From the NCBI GenBank assembly GCA_016188915.1, contig JACPGU010000004.1, positions 1 to 38,197 on the forward strand: DNA of 38,197 nucleotides. The letters run 5' to 3'. Source of the stretch: Candidatus Microgenomates bacterium. Its GTDB lineage: Bacteria > Patescibacteriota > JACPGU01. The position numbers were made by a program, and so were the translations under genes. Position 1 is the stretch's first letter; every line of letters begins with the position of its first letter. Positions 23,959 through 33,840 of this stretch are shown here, one piece after another. The notes beneath the pieces were generated by a model that was given only the letters and a program-made list of their open reading frames with translations, had not been told where the DNA came from and did no database searches.

Positions 23959-24621
23959 ATGGATAACGCGAATGCGAGTATCGAGCTGGTTTCTTACGAT
24001 TGCGACTCTTACGGCTTTGGCAAAGTGTTTTACAATGGTGTACAGATGTTTGACACGACCGGGAAGGGTGGCGGATGCAACGCATGGGAGATCGGGACCA
24101 CTGCGGTATTTCCTTCGCGATTTTCGAAGGATATGGTGGCTGATGGCAGTTCTCCTTGCATTTCCATCCTGACTGCCGGATGTTGTAATGGGCATGTGAT
24201 TGAGTGCAATACGCTTGGGTTTCAGCAAATCTATTTCGTAGCCGCAACTCCCCCTCGTGGGATACTCCCCGTTTATATGTATTGCCCATACTCAGGTGAG
24301 GTGGGCGGAAAGCCTCACGGGGATCCGTTCTATCGTCTGGTTGGCACATTGGTCTGGAGTTCTTACAGGAGAGAAAGGGGCATCGGTAAAGGCAAGATCT
24401 GGCTTATGAGTCGGAATTCCAGCGATGGAGCAAGGCGACTGAATCTCGAGGTGCCGAACGAAGCTTCAAAGGATGACATCTTGGCTCTGCCAAGTCTTCC
24501 TGAGGAGATGAAGCGGTGCTTTGAGGGTGGCGGTGAAATACGACTGGAACCTACGATTGAGGTGGCTAAGACGACGTTTGCGAAGCCACTCACGCATTGC
24601 AATAGTGTTGTCGATAAATGA
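23959..24621 (+). CDS. Hypothetical Cys/Gly-rich protein, 220 aa
   Basis: AGGAG SD, consensus promoter upstream, hairpins downstream; no recognisable family. Confidence 0.7.
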   Translation: MDNANASIELVSYDCDSYGFGKVFYNGVQMFDTTGKGGGCNAWEIGTTAVFPSRFSKDMVADGSSPCISILTAGCCNGHVIECNTLGFQQIYFVAATPPRGILPVYMYCPYSGEVGGKPHGDPFYRLVGTLVWSSYRRERGIGKGKIWLMSRNSSDGARRLNLEVPNEASKDDILALPSLPEEMKRCFEGGGEIRLEPTIEVAKTTFAKPLTHCNSVVDK

Positions 24622-24769
24622 TTGTTACAGGCTAACGGGGCTGCGCCTTGAAGCCAGCCTCATCTCAAAATCTTACCGGATTTTCTTTATAGGAATCCGG
24701 TTTTTGATTGGCGGGCGGAGGATGGTATAATATATTGAAGTCAAGACTTTGGGCTAGAATTTAGCTCTA

Positions 24770-24798
24770 TTGACAATATGTATAATCTGTGATATACT
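24770..24798 (+). promoter_or_regulatory. Sigma70 promoter of the second surface protein
   Basis: TTGACA (24770-24775), 17 bp, TATACT (24793-24798) with TGn extension. Confidence 0.8.
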
Positions 24799-24910
24799 GG
24801 TAAAAAGTGAAAAACAAACACCAAAAAGCGCGGGCAAAAACGTGTCTTTTTTGGTGTTTTTTCAGGTTCAAAATCCTTATTAACCAGTATTAATACTAAA
24901 TATCAACAAG

Positions 24911-27900
24911 ATGTCCAAAATCGTCTCTTTTTTCAAAAAAAATAGGAAAGCGGTCAACCTCAAAGGACTGGTTTCCTCTCTTTTGGTGGCCTCTATCGCT
25001 TTAATGCCCTTGGCTGGTGTGCGCGCTGTGGCTGGTGTCACCATCACCGCTTCCGGCGGTGCTACCAATCTGGTAGAAGGCGGTTCGACGGCTCTGGCCT
25101 ACGGCTATACTTTTCAGCTTGGTGGCGCTAGTAGCGATGTTCTTCAAACTACTGCTACCGATGCTGATGGTGCAATTTATACGGCTGGTGGCTATGTCGG
25201 CACTGCGGATTTGGACCCGACCAAGGCTATCGGCAATAAGACTTCCAACGGTGGGACTTTTTTCATGCTTTCCATGAACGAATCCAGCGCTGTCGGTAAC
25301 GAGAACTACCTTTCCAAGGTCAATGCCGACGGCACACTGGCTTACACTTACTCTTTTGGTAATAGCAATTCTGACGCCTTAGTGGATATGAAGTTAGACA
25401 GCGCCAAGAATGTTTATTTGCTCCATTATTTCAAAGGAACGGTAGATTTTGATCCGACAGCCGGTGTTGACAACAAGACTTCTGGTAGTGCTGGCGCTGA
25501 TTGGGCGACGGCTTTGGTGAAAATTAACGCCGACGGTTCCTATGGCTGGGCGGAAAATTTTCCGGTATTTATTCAAAAAATGCGTGTTTCCTCTACCGGT
25601 ATTTATCTGACCGGCTACGCTAACGGTACAATAGATTTCAACGGTACTGGTGCCGGCGCTTCCGATATCCAGACTACTGATAGCTTTGACGCTTTCGCGA
25701 CCAAATTGAACACTGATGGTTCCTATGGCTGGACCAAGCTAATTACAGGTAGTGGCACCAGTTATGGCGCGGCTATTGATGCCGATGCTTCCGGCAATGT
25801 CTTTGTCTCTGGATATTTTATGAACGATTTGGATTTGGATCCGACTGGGACCGAGGCTATCATTTCTGCCACCGGTTCAACCGATATCTTTTTGGTAAAA
25901 ATAAATAATGATGGCACCTATGGCTACGGTAAAGCTTATGGCAATACCGGCACCAACACACCCTATGATTTGATTGTTGATTCTACCGGTGATGTTTATC
26001 TGGCTGGTACTTTTGAGGGGACGATTGATTTTGACGCTGTTGCTTACGGCGGAGCGGGGGACAATCATACTTCCAATGACAAAACCGATATTTTCTTAAC
26101 TAAAATTAATGCCAATGAATCTTACGCCTGGACGCTGACTTTTGGTGGTGCCTTGGTTTCTGATCCGGCCTCTTCTGTAGGCCGCGACCGTATCTCTTCT
26201 TTGAGCCTGGATTCTTCTGACAATATATATCTAGGTGGATTTGTCTCTTCAGGGAGTGCTGTTGATATGGATCCCACTGCCGGGACAGATTCTCAAACAC
26301 CTGGCTTTTTGAACCGTACTGGTTTTGCGACCAAAATCAATGCCGATGGCACTTACTCTTGGAGCTATCTTTTTGCTGGTGGCAATAACGAAGTGACTTC
26401 GGTAGTCACTAATTCTTTGGGACGCGTCTATATCGGCGGATTTTTCCAAGACACCTTGGATACTGATGTCGTTTCCGGCGTTGATACCCAAACTTCCGCT
26501 GGCAGTTTCGATGGTTTTGTTACGATGTTGGTGCCGAATGATTTGTACACCATCGCCTTAGACGATGTGCCGACGGCTGATGTGACGGTTAGCCTCACTC
26601 CCGGTAACGACCTAACGGCTTCTGCTAGTTCTGTCATATTCACACAATCTACTTGGAATGTTGACCGCTTGATTTACTTGACAGCGGTAGATGACGAATG
26701 GAACGAATCGGCTGGACAAACCAGTTTCATTGAGCATACTTCTAGTTCTGCCGATATGGCTTTTAATGGTCTGACGATCGCTGATTTGACTGTCAGTCTG
26801 ACCGATGGCGGTTTGACCGATGACGATGTGATCCGTGGTACGACCGCTTCCACGCCTATTCAAGTAGCGGAAAACAACACTACTTCGGCAACCTATACTA
26901 TTTCTCTTAACGATCAGCCGGTCTCGGATGTGGTTATTACGCCTACACCTGCTGACGCGACGCAAGCTTCTATTGCCCCGGCCACTCTAACTTTTACCCG
27001 TTCTAATTGGAATACTCCGCAGACCGTGACGGTGACCGCTATTGATGACGCGGCCATTGAAACTAACGTGCACTCAACTTCTATCGCCAATGGGGGAGCA
27101 AGTATTGTTTCGGCCGACCCGATTTTCAACGGCATAGTGGTTGGCCCGAATATTACTGTCAATATCATTGACAATGATAGTCCGGCGGTGAATATCACCG
27201 AATCGGCTTCCTCTACCGATATTACCGAAGGTGGCGCGACTGATAGTTATGACGTGGTCTTGTCCACTTTGCCTTCCGCTAACGTCTTGGTTAATATCTC
27301 AACCGATACAGCGCAAGTGACCGCTCCGGCTTCTTTGCTTTTCACTCCGGCTGACTGGAATGTGCCACAAACGGTGACTGTCACCACTACTGATGATAAT
27401 TCAGTGGAAGGCGCGCATACTTCTACTATTACGCATACTTCGTCTTCTTCTGACATCGGCTATAACGGGCTGACTATTATTCCTGTTACAGCCAATATTA
27501 CCGATAACGATACGGCTGGTATTACCGCTACCGAATCTGGCACTACTGATGTGACCGAAGGTGGCGCGACTGACACTATTGATTATGTTCTCCTGTCTCA
27601 ACCGACAGCAGATGTTAGTATCGCTTTGACGGTTGGCGCGCAAGTTTCGCTATCGGCGACTACTTTGACCTTTACTGCCGCTAACTGGAATACGCCACAG
27701 ACCATTACCGTAACGGCTGTTGACGATAATGTCGCGGAGTCTGCTACTGTCGAAACTATCTCTTATGCCGTCACTTCATCTGATACGAATTATAATGGTA
27801 TTCTAATTACGACTACCAATATCAATGTTATCGACAATGACATCGCCGATATCACCGTTATGCCTACTGGCGGAACAGCCAATGTCACCGAAGGGGGCGC

Positions 27901-29542
27901 GACTGATACTATTGATTATTCTTTGAACACCGAGCCGACGGCTAATGTTGTTATCGCCCTGACAGCTGATGCGCAAGTAACGCTTTCTGTCGGAAGTTTG
28001 ACCTTCACCTCTAGCAACTGGAATGTGCCACAAACCGTTACCGTTACTGCCGTTAACGACACGACTGTCGAAGGCGCGCATACGGGCAATATCTCTTACG
28101 GTGTCACTTCCTCTGATATTTCTTATAACGGTTTTGCTGTGGCTTCCACCTCTGTAGCTATTACCGATAACGATTCTTCTGGTGGTGGAGGCGGTGGTGG
28201 AGGCGGTGGTGGCTATATTCCTCCTACTCCTCCGGTAGTTCCTCCAGTAGACAGTTCTACCGTTACTGTCACTTCTGCCAACGGCGGGACAGCTACAGTG
28301 ACCAATCAGGATGGCACCTATGCTACTATTTCTATTCCTTCTGGCGCGGTAAATTCTGATACTATTGTCAAAATTACTGCCGTAGACAAAAGTGATCCTC
28401 GCGTCATCAACCCCTCTCCTGAATCTGGCTTGATTATTATCGGTAATCATGTTTACGAGATTACTGCGACTAAAGCAGGCGGCGAAGCTCTGGCCAACCT
28501 AGACTCTGCTGTCACTATCAAAATTGTTTACGCTCAAACGGACATTCCTAATGGCATTAATGAAGCCGATACCAGAGTTTACTACTTTGATAGCGCCAAA
28601 AACCAATGGCAGATTATAGAGGGGATTGACATTGATACCATCAACAACAAAATCCTCTTTACGACTAAGACCCTGAATAGGACTTACGCTTTGATGGCCA
28701 AGATAGAGCCTGGTCAGATTGTTACTCCCCCCGTAAGTAACAATAGTGGCTATGTAATTAGCCTTGATCCGGCGGCTTATCAATATCAATATGTTGGACA
28801 GACAGCTTTCAGAGCTTTGAAAACTGGCGAATATGCCATAATCACCTTGGCTCTGAAAAATACAGGCACAGCCAATTGGTATAAAGATGGTCCGCATCCT
28901 GTTAATTTAGGCACAGCAAGATCGCAAGATCGCAATAGCACCTTTGTTGACAATATTTGGTTGTCAAATAATCGCGCCAGTCGTCTAGACCAAAGCTTGG
29001 TCAAACCAGGGGAGACGGGTACCTTTACCTTTGTTATCAAGGCGCCAAACAAAGCCGGTAATTATAAGGAATATTTCCAGCCTGTAGCCGAAGGTATCAC
29101 CTGGATGAAAGATATTGGTATCTATTGGAATTGGAGAGTAGTCAGAGGCGTGTCTAAATCCACTCGTCCTGTTTATAGCGCAAGCTATGCCGCACAGAGC
29201 CCCTATGTAGTGGTCGGTCCAAATGGGTCTGCTACACTTTGGGTAGAATACAAAAATCTTGGCACAACTGTTTGGTCTAACGCAGGCGATAATACGATTC
29301 GTCTAGGCACCAGCAACCCGCAAGACGCAGATTCTTCTCTAAAAGACAGCTCTTGGTTGGCTGATAATCGTGCCACCAATATGGACCAGGCAGTAGTTGC
29401 CCCTGGCGATACGGCTCGTTTTACTTTTACCATCAAAGCCCCTAGCGCTTTAGGCGATTTGAAGGCTTATTTCCGCCCGGTAGTGGACGGGATTGCTTGG
29501 CTGGAAGATGTTGGTTTGTACTGGAATGTTAGCGTGAAGTAA
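24911..29542 (+). CDS. Large secreted surface protein (1,543 aa): signal peptide, SBBP-type beta-propeller, ~5 Calx-beta-like Ig repeats, Gly11 linker, ZU5-like domain, two NBR1-Ig-like domains
   Basis: Repeats D..GN(I/V)Y..G.F.GT.DFDP (propeller); repeats EGGATD..DY.L...PTA.V...LTFT..NWN.PQTVTVTA.DD; C-terminus as in 11446-19590. Confidence 0.9.
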   Translation: MSKIVSFFKKNRKAVNLKGLVSSLLVASIALMPLAGVRAVAGVTITASGGATNLVEGGSTALAYGYTFQLGGASSDVLQTTATDADGAIYTAGGYVGTADLDPTKAIGNKTSNGGTFFMLSMNESSAVGNENYLSKVNADGTLAYTYSFGNSNSDALVDMKLDSAKNVYLLHYFKGTVDFDPTAGVDNKTSGSAGADWATALVKINADGSYGWAENFPVFIQKMRVSSTGIYLTGYANGTIDFNGTGAGASDIQTTDSFDAFATKLNTDGSYGWTKLITGSGTSYGAAIDADASGNVFVSGYFMNDLDLDPTGTEAIISATGSTDIFLVKINNDGTYGYGKAYGNTGTNTPYDLIVDSTGDVYLAGTFEGTIDFDAVAYGGAGDNHTSNDKTDIFLTKINANESYAWTLTFGGALVSDPASSVGRDRISSLSLDSSDNIYLGGFVSSGSAVDMDPTAGTDSQTPGFLNRTGFATKINADGTYSWSYLFAGGNNEVTSVVTNSLGRVYIGGFFQDTLDTDVVSGVDTQTSAGSFDGFVTMLVPNDLYTIALDDVPTADVTVSLTPGNDLTASASSVIFTQSTWNVDRLIYLTAVDDEWNESAGQTSFIEHTSSSADMAFNGLTIADLTVSLTDGGLTDDDVIRGTTASTPIQVAENNTTSATYTISLNDQPVSDVVITPTPADATQASIAPATLTFTRSNWNTPQTVTVTAIDDAAIETNVHSTSIANGGASIVSADPIFNGIVVGPNITVNIIDNDSPAVNITESASSTDITEGGATDSYDVVLSTLPSANVLVNISTDTAQVTAPASLLFTPADWNVPQTVTVTTTDDNSVEGAHTSTITHTSSSSDIGYNGLTIIPVTANITDNDTAGITATESGTTDVTEGGATDTIDYVLLSQPTADVSIALTVGAQVSLSATTLTFTAANWNTPQTITVTAVDDNVAESATVETISYAVTSSDTNYNGILITTTNINVIDNDIADITVMPTGGTANVTEGGATDTIDYSLNTEPTANVVIALTADAQVTLSVGSLTFTSSNWNVPQTVTVTAVNDTTVEGAHTGNISYGVTSSDISYNGFAVASTSVAITDNDSSGGGGGGGGGGGYIPPTPPVVPPVDSSTVTVTSANGGTATVTNQDGTYATISIPSGAVNSDTIVKITAVDKSDPRVINPSPESGLIIIGNHVYEITATKAGGEALANLDSAVTIKIVYAQTDIPNGINEADTRVYYFDSAKNQWQIIEGIDIDTINNKILFTTKTLNRTYALMAKIEPGQIVTPPVSNNSGYVISLDPAAYQYQYVGQTAFRALKTGEYAIITLALKNTGTANWYKDGPHPVNLGTARSQDRNSTFVDNIWLSNNRASRLDQSLVKPGETGTFTFVIKAPNKAGNYKEYFQPVAEGITWMKDIGIYWNWRVVRGVSKSTRPVYSASYAAQSPYVVVGPNGSATLWVEYKNLGTTVWSNAGDNTIRLGTSNPQDADSSLKDSSWLADNRATNMDQAVVAPGDTARFTFTIKAPSALGDLKAYFRPVVDGIAWLEDVGLYWNVSVK

Positions 29543-29566
29543 ATTTAATGTGGGTGCGTGTAATGA

Positions 29567-29600
29567 ATGAAAACTCCTCCGAAAACGGAGGAGTTTTCAT
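29567..29600 (+). terminator. Perfect 15-bp terminator hairpin
   Basis: ATGAAAACTCCTCCG / CGGAGGAGTTTTCAT. Confidence 0.85.
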
Positions 29601-29716
29601 TTGGCAGGGTAGTGGGGATTGATAAATCAATCAAATCAACAAAAAATTATCCACAAAGGCGATAGATGCTAGAAAAAAAAGCTAATTATGGCACTTTTTC
29701 TTTTTGATAATTATTC

Positions 29717-29790
29717 TTGAAAAGCTTTTAGAAAAAGCATACAATTGAAGCGCTGGTGGTGAATTGTGGATAAAAGTGGGGGTAAGTGGG
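29717..29790 (+). promoter_or_regulatory. dcw promoter with four MraZ boxes
   Basis: TTGAAA (29717)-17-TACAAT (29740); GTGG at 29756, 29766, 29776 and 29786 (exact 10-bp period). Confidence 0.8.
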
Positions 29791-29939
29791 TGCTTATCAA
29801 CAGCTCTAGGCAGTACAGATCTCATACGGATATACGAATTATCCATCAAGTTATTACCAGGTTTAGAAGTTAGGGGCTAGAAGGCAATAGACAAAATGTT
29901 TTCTGGGCCGTACCTTTCTAAGCGCTAATAATCCCGACT

Positions 29940-30371
29940 ATGTTCATCGGTGAATATTCTTACACAATTGACGAAAAAGGGAGGGTGGCGACACCTGTTA
30001 AATATCGCGTTCAATTAGGCGATGGCGTTGTAGTGACTAGGGGGCTGGATAATTGTCTTTTTATGTATGCCAAAAAAGACTGGGCAGTATTGGCGGAAAA
30101 ATTGGGCAATATGCCTACGACCGACAAATCTGCTCGTGATTACGCTAGGCTAATGTTGGCTGGCGCAATGGACATTGAACCGGACAAAGCGGGGCGCATT
30201 GTTTTGCCGCAATATTTGCGAGATTTTGCTTCTTTGAAAAAAAATGTTGTTGTTGCCGGTCTCTATAACCGTATTGAAATATGGGATGAGACTACTTGGA
30301 AAAAATACGAGCAGGAGGTGGAGAAAAATTCGGGAGATATCGCCGACAAACTCTCACAATTGGGTGTTTAG
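29940..30371 (+). CDS. mraZ: Transcriptional regulator MraZ
   Basis: MFIGEYSYTIDEKGRV, VVTRGLDNCL, DKAGRIVLP, GLYNRIEIWD. Confidence 0.97.
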   Translation: MFIGEYSYTIDEKGRVATPVKYRVQLGDGVVVTRGLDNCLFMYAKKDWAVLAEKLGNMPTTDKSARDYARLMLAGAMDIEPDKAGRIVLPQYLRDFASLKKNVVVAGLYNRIEIWDETTWKKYEQEVEKNSGDIADKLSQLGV

Positions 30372-30455
30372 GTACGAATTTTAGCTAATTAACACTAATT
30401 TCGCTAATTTGAAACTAATGGCACGAATTGGATTCAAATTAGCGCAATGAGCGCG
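30372..30455. repeat. Short-unit hairpin element, family 2
   Basis: Units ACGAATTTT/CACTAATTT/CGCTAATTT/CACGAATT; perfect IR CGCTAATTTGAA (30402-30413) / TTCAAATTAGCG (30433-30444). Confidence 0.65.
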
Positions 30456-30623
30456 ACCTATGGGAGGGCTAACAGGGTTCATTAAAAGCCTGGGATTGAT
30501 TTGCCAAACAAAAAAACAAAAACAAAGGCCTTTGGCCTAAAAATTTTCATCTTTTTATTTCCCCATAAATAAAAACAAAAAGCGAACCAATCCCTGGCTC
30601 CAATTTTTTTTAAAAAATCCATC

Positions 30624-31496
30624 ATGACCATGGCCCATATCCCTGTTTTGCTGGCAGAATCCATAGAGGCTTTGAATATCGTTCCAGACGGCACCTATGT
30701 TGACGCGACGCTTGGTTTTGGGGGGCATTCGGTGGCCATCTTAAAAAAATTGAATCAAGGTAAATTAATAGGAATAGAAATAGATAAAAATACGTATGAT
30801 CAAGCAAAAAGTTTATTTAGCGACCGCGAAAATGTATTTTTACATTGTAGTAATTTCGTCAATGCTTTTGGCAGTTTTGTACCACACAGCTTTGGCCAAG
30901 TGGACGGAATTCTATTCGACCTGGGGGTCAATGTTCACCAAATAAAAGAGTCGGATAAAGGATTGTCTTTTTTAAAAAATCAATATTTGGATATGCGCTT
31001 GTCTGAATCAAATGGGCCAACCGCCGCCGACATTATTTCATCTAGCGGCGAGCAAGAATTGGTAGAAATATTCAAGAAAGCCGATGAGCGATTTGCCCGT
31101 CCGATTGCCAAAAAAATAATAGAACAGCGACGACGAGCCAAAATAGAAACTACCGATCAATTAGCCGAATTGGTAGGTAGTATCAAAAAAAGAAGAGGGA
31201 GAACGCATCCTGCCACCCAAGTTTTTATGGCCCTAAGAATGACGGTGAATAAAGAGCTGGAAAATATCAGTAAGGCCTTACCGGATGCGGTGGAGATTTT
31301 GAAACCAGGTGGCAGAATAGCAGTGATTACTTTTCACTCCACCGAAGACCGTTTGGTAAAAAATATTTTTAAAGAATTAGTCGCTGTCAAAAAAATAAAA
31401 TTGATAAACAAAAAAGTAATTACAGCTTCCAGAAAAGAACAATTAAGCAATCCTTTATCGCGTAGCGCCAAACTGAGGATAGGGGAGAGATTATAG
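30624..31496 (+). CDS. rsmH: 16S rRNA m4C1402 methyltransferase RsmH
   Basis: HIPVLL, YVDATLGFGGHS, DLGV, LDMR, HPATQVFMALR, ITFHSTEDR, SRSAKLR. Confidence 0.96.
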   Translation: MTMAHIPVLLAESIEALNIVPDGTYVDATLGFGGHSVAILKKLNQGKLIGIEIDKNTYDQAKSLFSDRENVFLHCSNFVNAFGSFVPHSFGQVDGILFDLGVNVHQIKESDKGLSFLKNQYLDMRLSESNGPTAADIISSSGEQELVEIFKKADERFARPIAKKIIEQRRRAKIETTDQLAELVGSIKKRRGRTHPATQVFMALRMTVNKELENISKALPDAVEILKPGGRIAVITFHSTEDRLVKNIFKELVAVKKIKLINKKVITASRKEQLSNPLSRSAKLRIGERL

Positions 31497-31518
31497 GATA
31501 AAAAATAAAAAAACAAAA

Positions 31519-31887
31519 ATGAGGTTGGGCATAAGAATAAAAAAAAGGAGGCAGCAGGCGGTAGCGAAAAGCTACAATACCACCTATGCCAAAAGATATT
31601 TTCGTTTTGGGCCAGTGTCTTTGGGATTTATCACGGTAGCGATGTTTTCTTTGGTCAGCTTTTTTTATCTAGCTCAAGCTAATCAGATCACTACCAAAGG
31701 ATATATCTTGCAAGACTTGCAAAAAGAACACCAAAGGATATTATCTGAAAACGAAAGATTGCAGGTGGAGGCGGCGCGGTTGGAGTCTTTGACCAAGATT
31801 CGTGAAAAGGCCGGCGAACTCTCCATGTCTCCTGTCAGAGACATAAAATATCTTAGCCAGGGCGACGGGCTGGTGGCCAGTAAATAA
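31519..31887 (+). CDS. ftsL: Cell division protein FtsL-like
   Basis: Basic N-terminus, one TM helix, coiled coil; position between rsmH and pbp. Confidence 0.75.
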   Translation: MRLGIRIKKRRQQAVAKSYNTTYAKRYFRFGPVSLGFITVAMFSLVSFFYLAQANQITTKGYILQDLQKEHQRILSENERLQVEAARLESLTKIREKAGELSMSPVRDIKYLSQGDGLVASK

Positions 31888-31991
31888 ATCTAAAACACAG
31901 GGCTTGAAACGAAAGACGAAAGATTAGCATTTTAAAAACATAAGACATCATTGTCTTGTGTTTATTTAATTTTAGTACAAAACTTTTTGAT

Positions 31992-33770
31992 ATGATTGTG
32001 GCAACTCGCATAGAAGAGCATGGCAATATCAAGCTCCGAATCTGGATGGTGCTGATTTTGGCCGTCTTTGCTTTTGCCGCTATTATTGGCAGATTGTTTG
32101 AAAAACAAATTATTCAATACGATCATTATCAATCTCTAGCTTACAATCAAAGATTTCGCGAGGAAAAGATTCGGCCTGCCCGCGGCAATATCTATGTTAC
32201 CGATATTTATAGCGATACCAAATATCCGCTGGTTGCCAACAAAACATTTTGGGCTTTGATGGTCGTGCCTAATCAAATAGATGATCCCGTAGAGCTAGCC
32301 AATATTTTGGGGCCGATTATAGAAATATCACCGGCCGAAATCTCGGAAAAGTTGTCGCAAAGTACAGTTTATATCCCGCCCATCAAACACAAATTAACTG
32401 ACGCGCAAAGAGAGACCATAGAATCATTGAATCTACCCGGAGTGACGATGTTGCCTGAAGTCTATCGCGATTATCCTGAAGGAACGATGGGATCAAAATT
32501 TTTAGGATTTGTTGATAGCAATGGAGAGGGACAGTATGGAGTAGAAGGCTATCTTAACGATATATTGAAAGGAGAGGATGGCAAATTAATCGCCGAGCGC
32601 GATGTTTTAGGACGGCAGATAACGGTGGCTAATAACAAAATGATTGTTCCCAAAAATGGCCAAGATGTTGTTTTGACTATTGATAGAGTAATCCAGTTTT
32701 TTGCTGAAGAAAATATTAAAAAATCCGTGGAGGCTCACCAGGCTGACAGCGGATCGGTAGTGGTGATGAACCCCAAGACAGGAGAGATTTTGGCTTTGGC
32801 TGAATACCCGACCTATGATCCGGCTGTCTATAATGAAGTAAAACCGGAGGATTATGAGATTTTTAAGACCATGGCAGTTTCGGATCCTTATGAGTCGGGC
32901 TCGGTTTTTAAACCTTTGTCTATGGCGTCTGGTATAGATACCGGCGCGGTGAAAAAAGATGATGGAGAATATTTTGAAGCCAACGTACAGGTAGATGATT
33001 ATGTGATATGGAATTCCGAACGCAAAGCACACGGCTATGAAACCATGACACAGGTTTTGGAAAACAGCGACAATGTGGGTATGGTCTGGATGATTAAAAA
33101 ATTAGGCAAAGATAAATTTTATGAGTATCTTGATCGTTTTCGTTTTAACAAAATGACAGGGGTAGAGATATCTGGCGAGGAGGTTGGTTTTATGCAGCCT
33201 AAAAAATATGTTCCAGATGTCGGCGTGGCGACCATGTCTTTTGGCCAGGGGATTACTGTCACGGAAATGCAATTAGTCCAAGCGATGGGAGCTATCGCCA
33301 ATGATGGTTTGATTGTTCAGCCCCATATTGTTAAAGCCTATATTGATAAAAAAGGCAACAAAACAGATATTAAAACTAATATTTTAGGACGCGCGCTATC
33401 GGAGACAACGGCAAAACAAATCAAAGAAATGCTAGTTTCGGTGGTAGAAAGAGGGCATGGTAAGCAAGCCAAAGTAAAAGGCTATTACATAGGAGGCAAG
33501 ACCGGAACAGCTCAAATTCCTCTGAAAGACAGGCGCGGTTATGAAGCAGACAAATTTACCGGCTCTTTTTTGGGGCTGGGGCCAACTGATGACCCACAAT
33601 TTGTAATGATAGTCAGAATCAATGTGCCAAAAGATGTGATTTGGGCAGAGAGTACCGCCGCCCCTGTTTTTGGCGAGATGGCGCGTGATATCATCAATTA
33701 TTATCAATTACCTCCAGATCAATTTTGGGCCGATGAACAAACCAAAAGAGAGAAAGGGTTAATTGATTAG
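31992..33770 (+). CDS. ftsI: Class B penicillin-binding protein (FtsI/PBP3-like); ATG 31992 preferred
   Basis: N-terminal TM, PARGNIY, SVFK (SxxK), SDN (SxN), KTG motifs; dcw position. Confidence 0.9.
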   Translation: MIVATRIEEHGNIKLRIWMVLILAVFAFAAIIGRLFEKQIIQYDHYQSLAYNQRFREEKIRPARGNIYVTDIYSDTKYPLVANKTFWALMVVPNQIDDPVELANILGPIIEISPAEISEKLSQSTVYIPPIKHKLTDAQRETIESLNLPGVTMLPEVYRDYPEGTMGSKFLGFVDSNGEGQYGVEGYLNDILKGEDGKLIAERDVLGRQITVANNKMIVPKNGQDVVLTIDRVIQFFAEENIKKSVEAHQADSGSVVVMNPKTGEILALAEYPTYDPAVYNEVKPEDYEIFKTMAVSDPYESGSVFKPLSMASGIDTGAVKKDDGEYFEANVQVDDYVIWNSERKAHGYETMTQVLENSDNVGMVWMIKKLGKDKFYEYLDRFRFNKMTGVEISGEEVGFMQPKKYVPDVGVATMSFGQGITVTEMQLVQAMGAIANDGLIVQPHIVKAYIDKKGNKTDIKTNILGRALSETTAKQIKEMLVSVVERGHGKQAKVKGYYIGGKTGTAQIPLKDRRGYEADKFTGSFLGLGPTDDPQFVMIVRINVPKDVIWAESTAAPVFGEMARDIINYYQLPPDQFWADEQTKREKGLID

Positions 33771-33840
33771 ATGCCATGGTGATGTGTATTAAAAATATTC
33801 ATTTTTCATTAGATTTAGGTCTTCATGCTATAATATAGGC

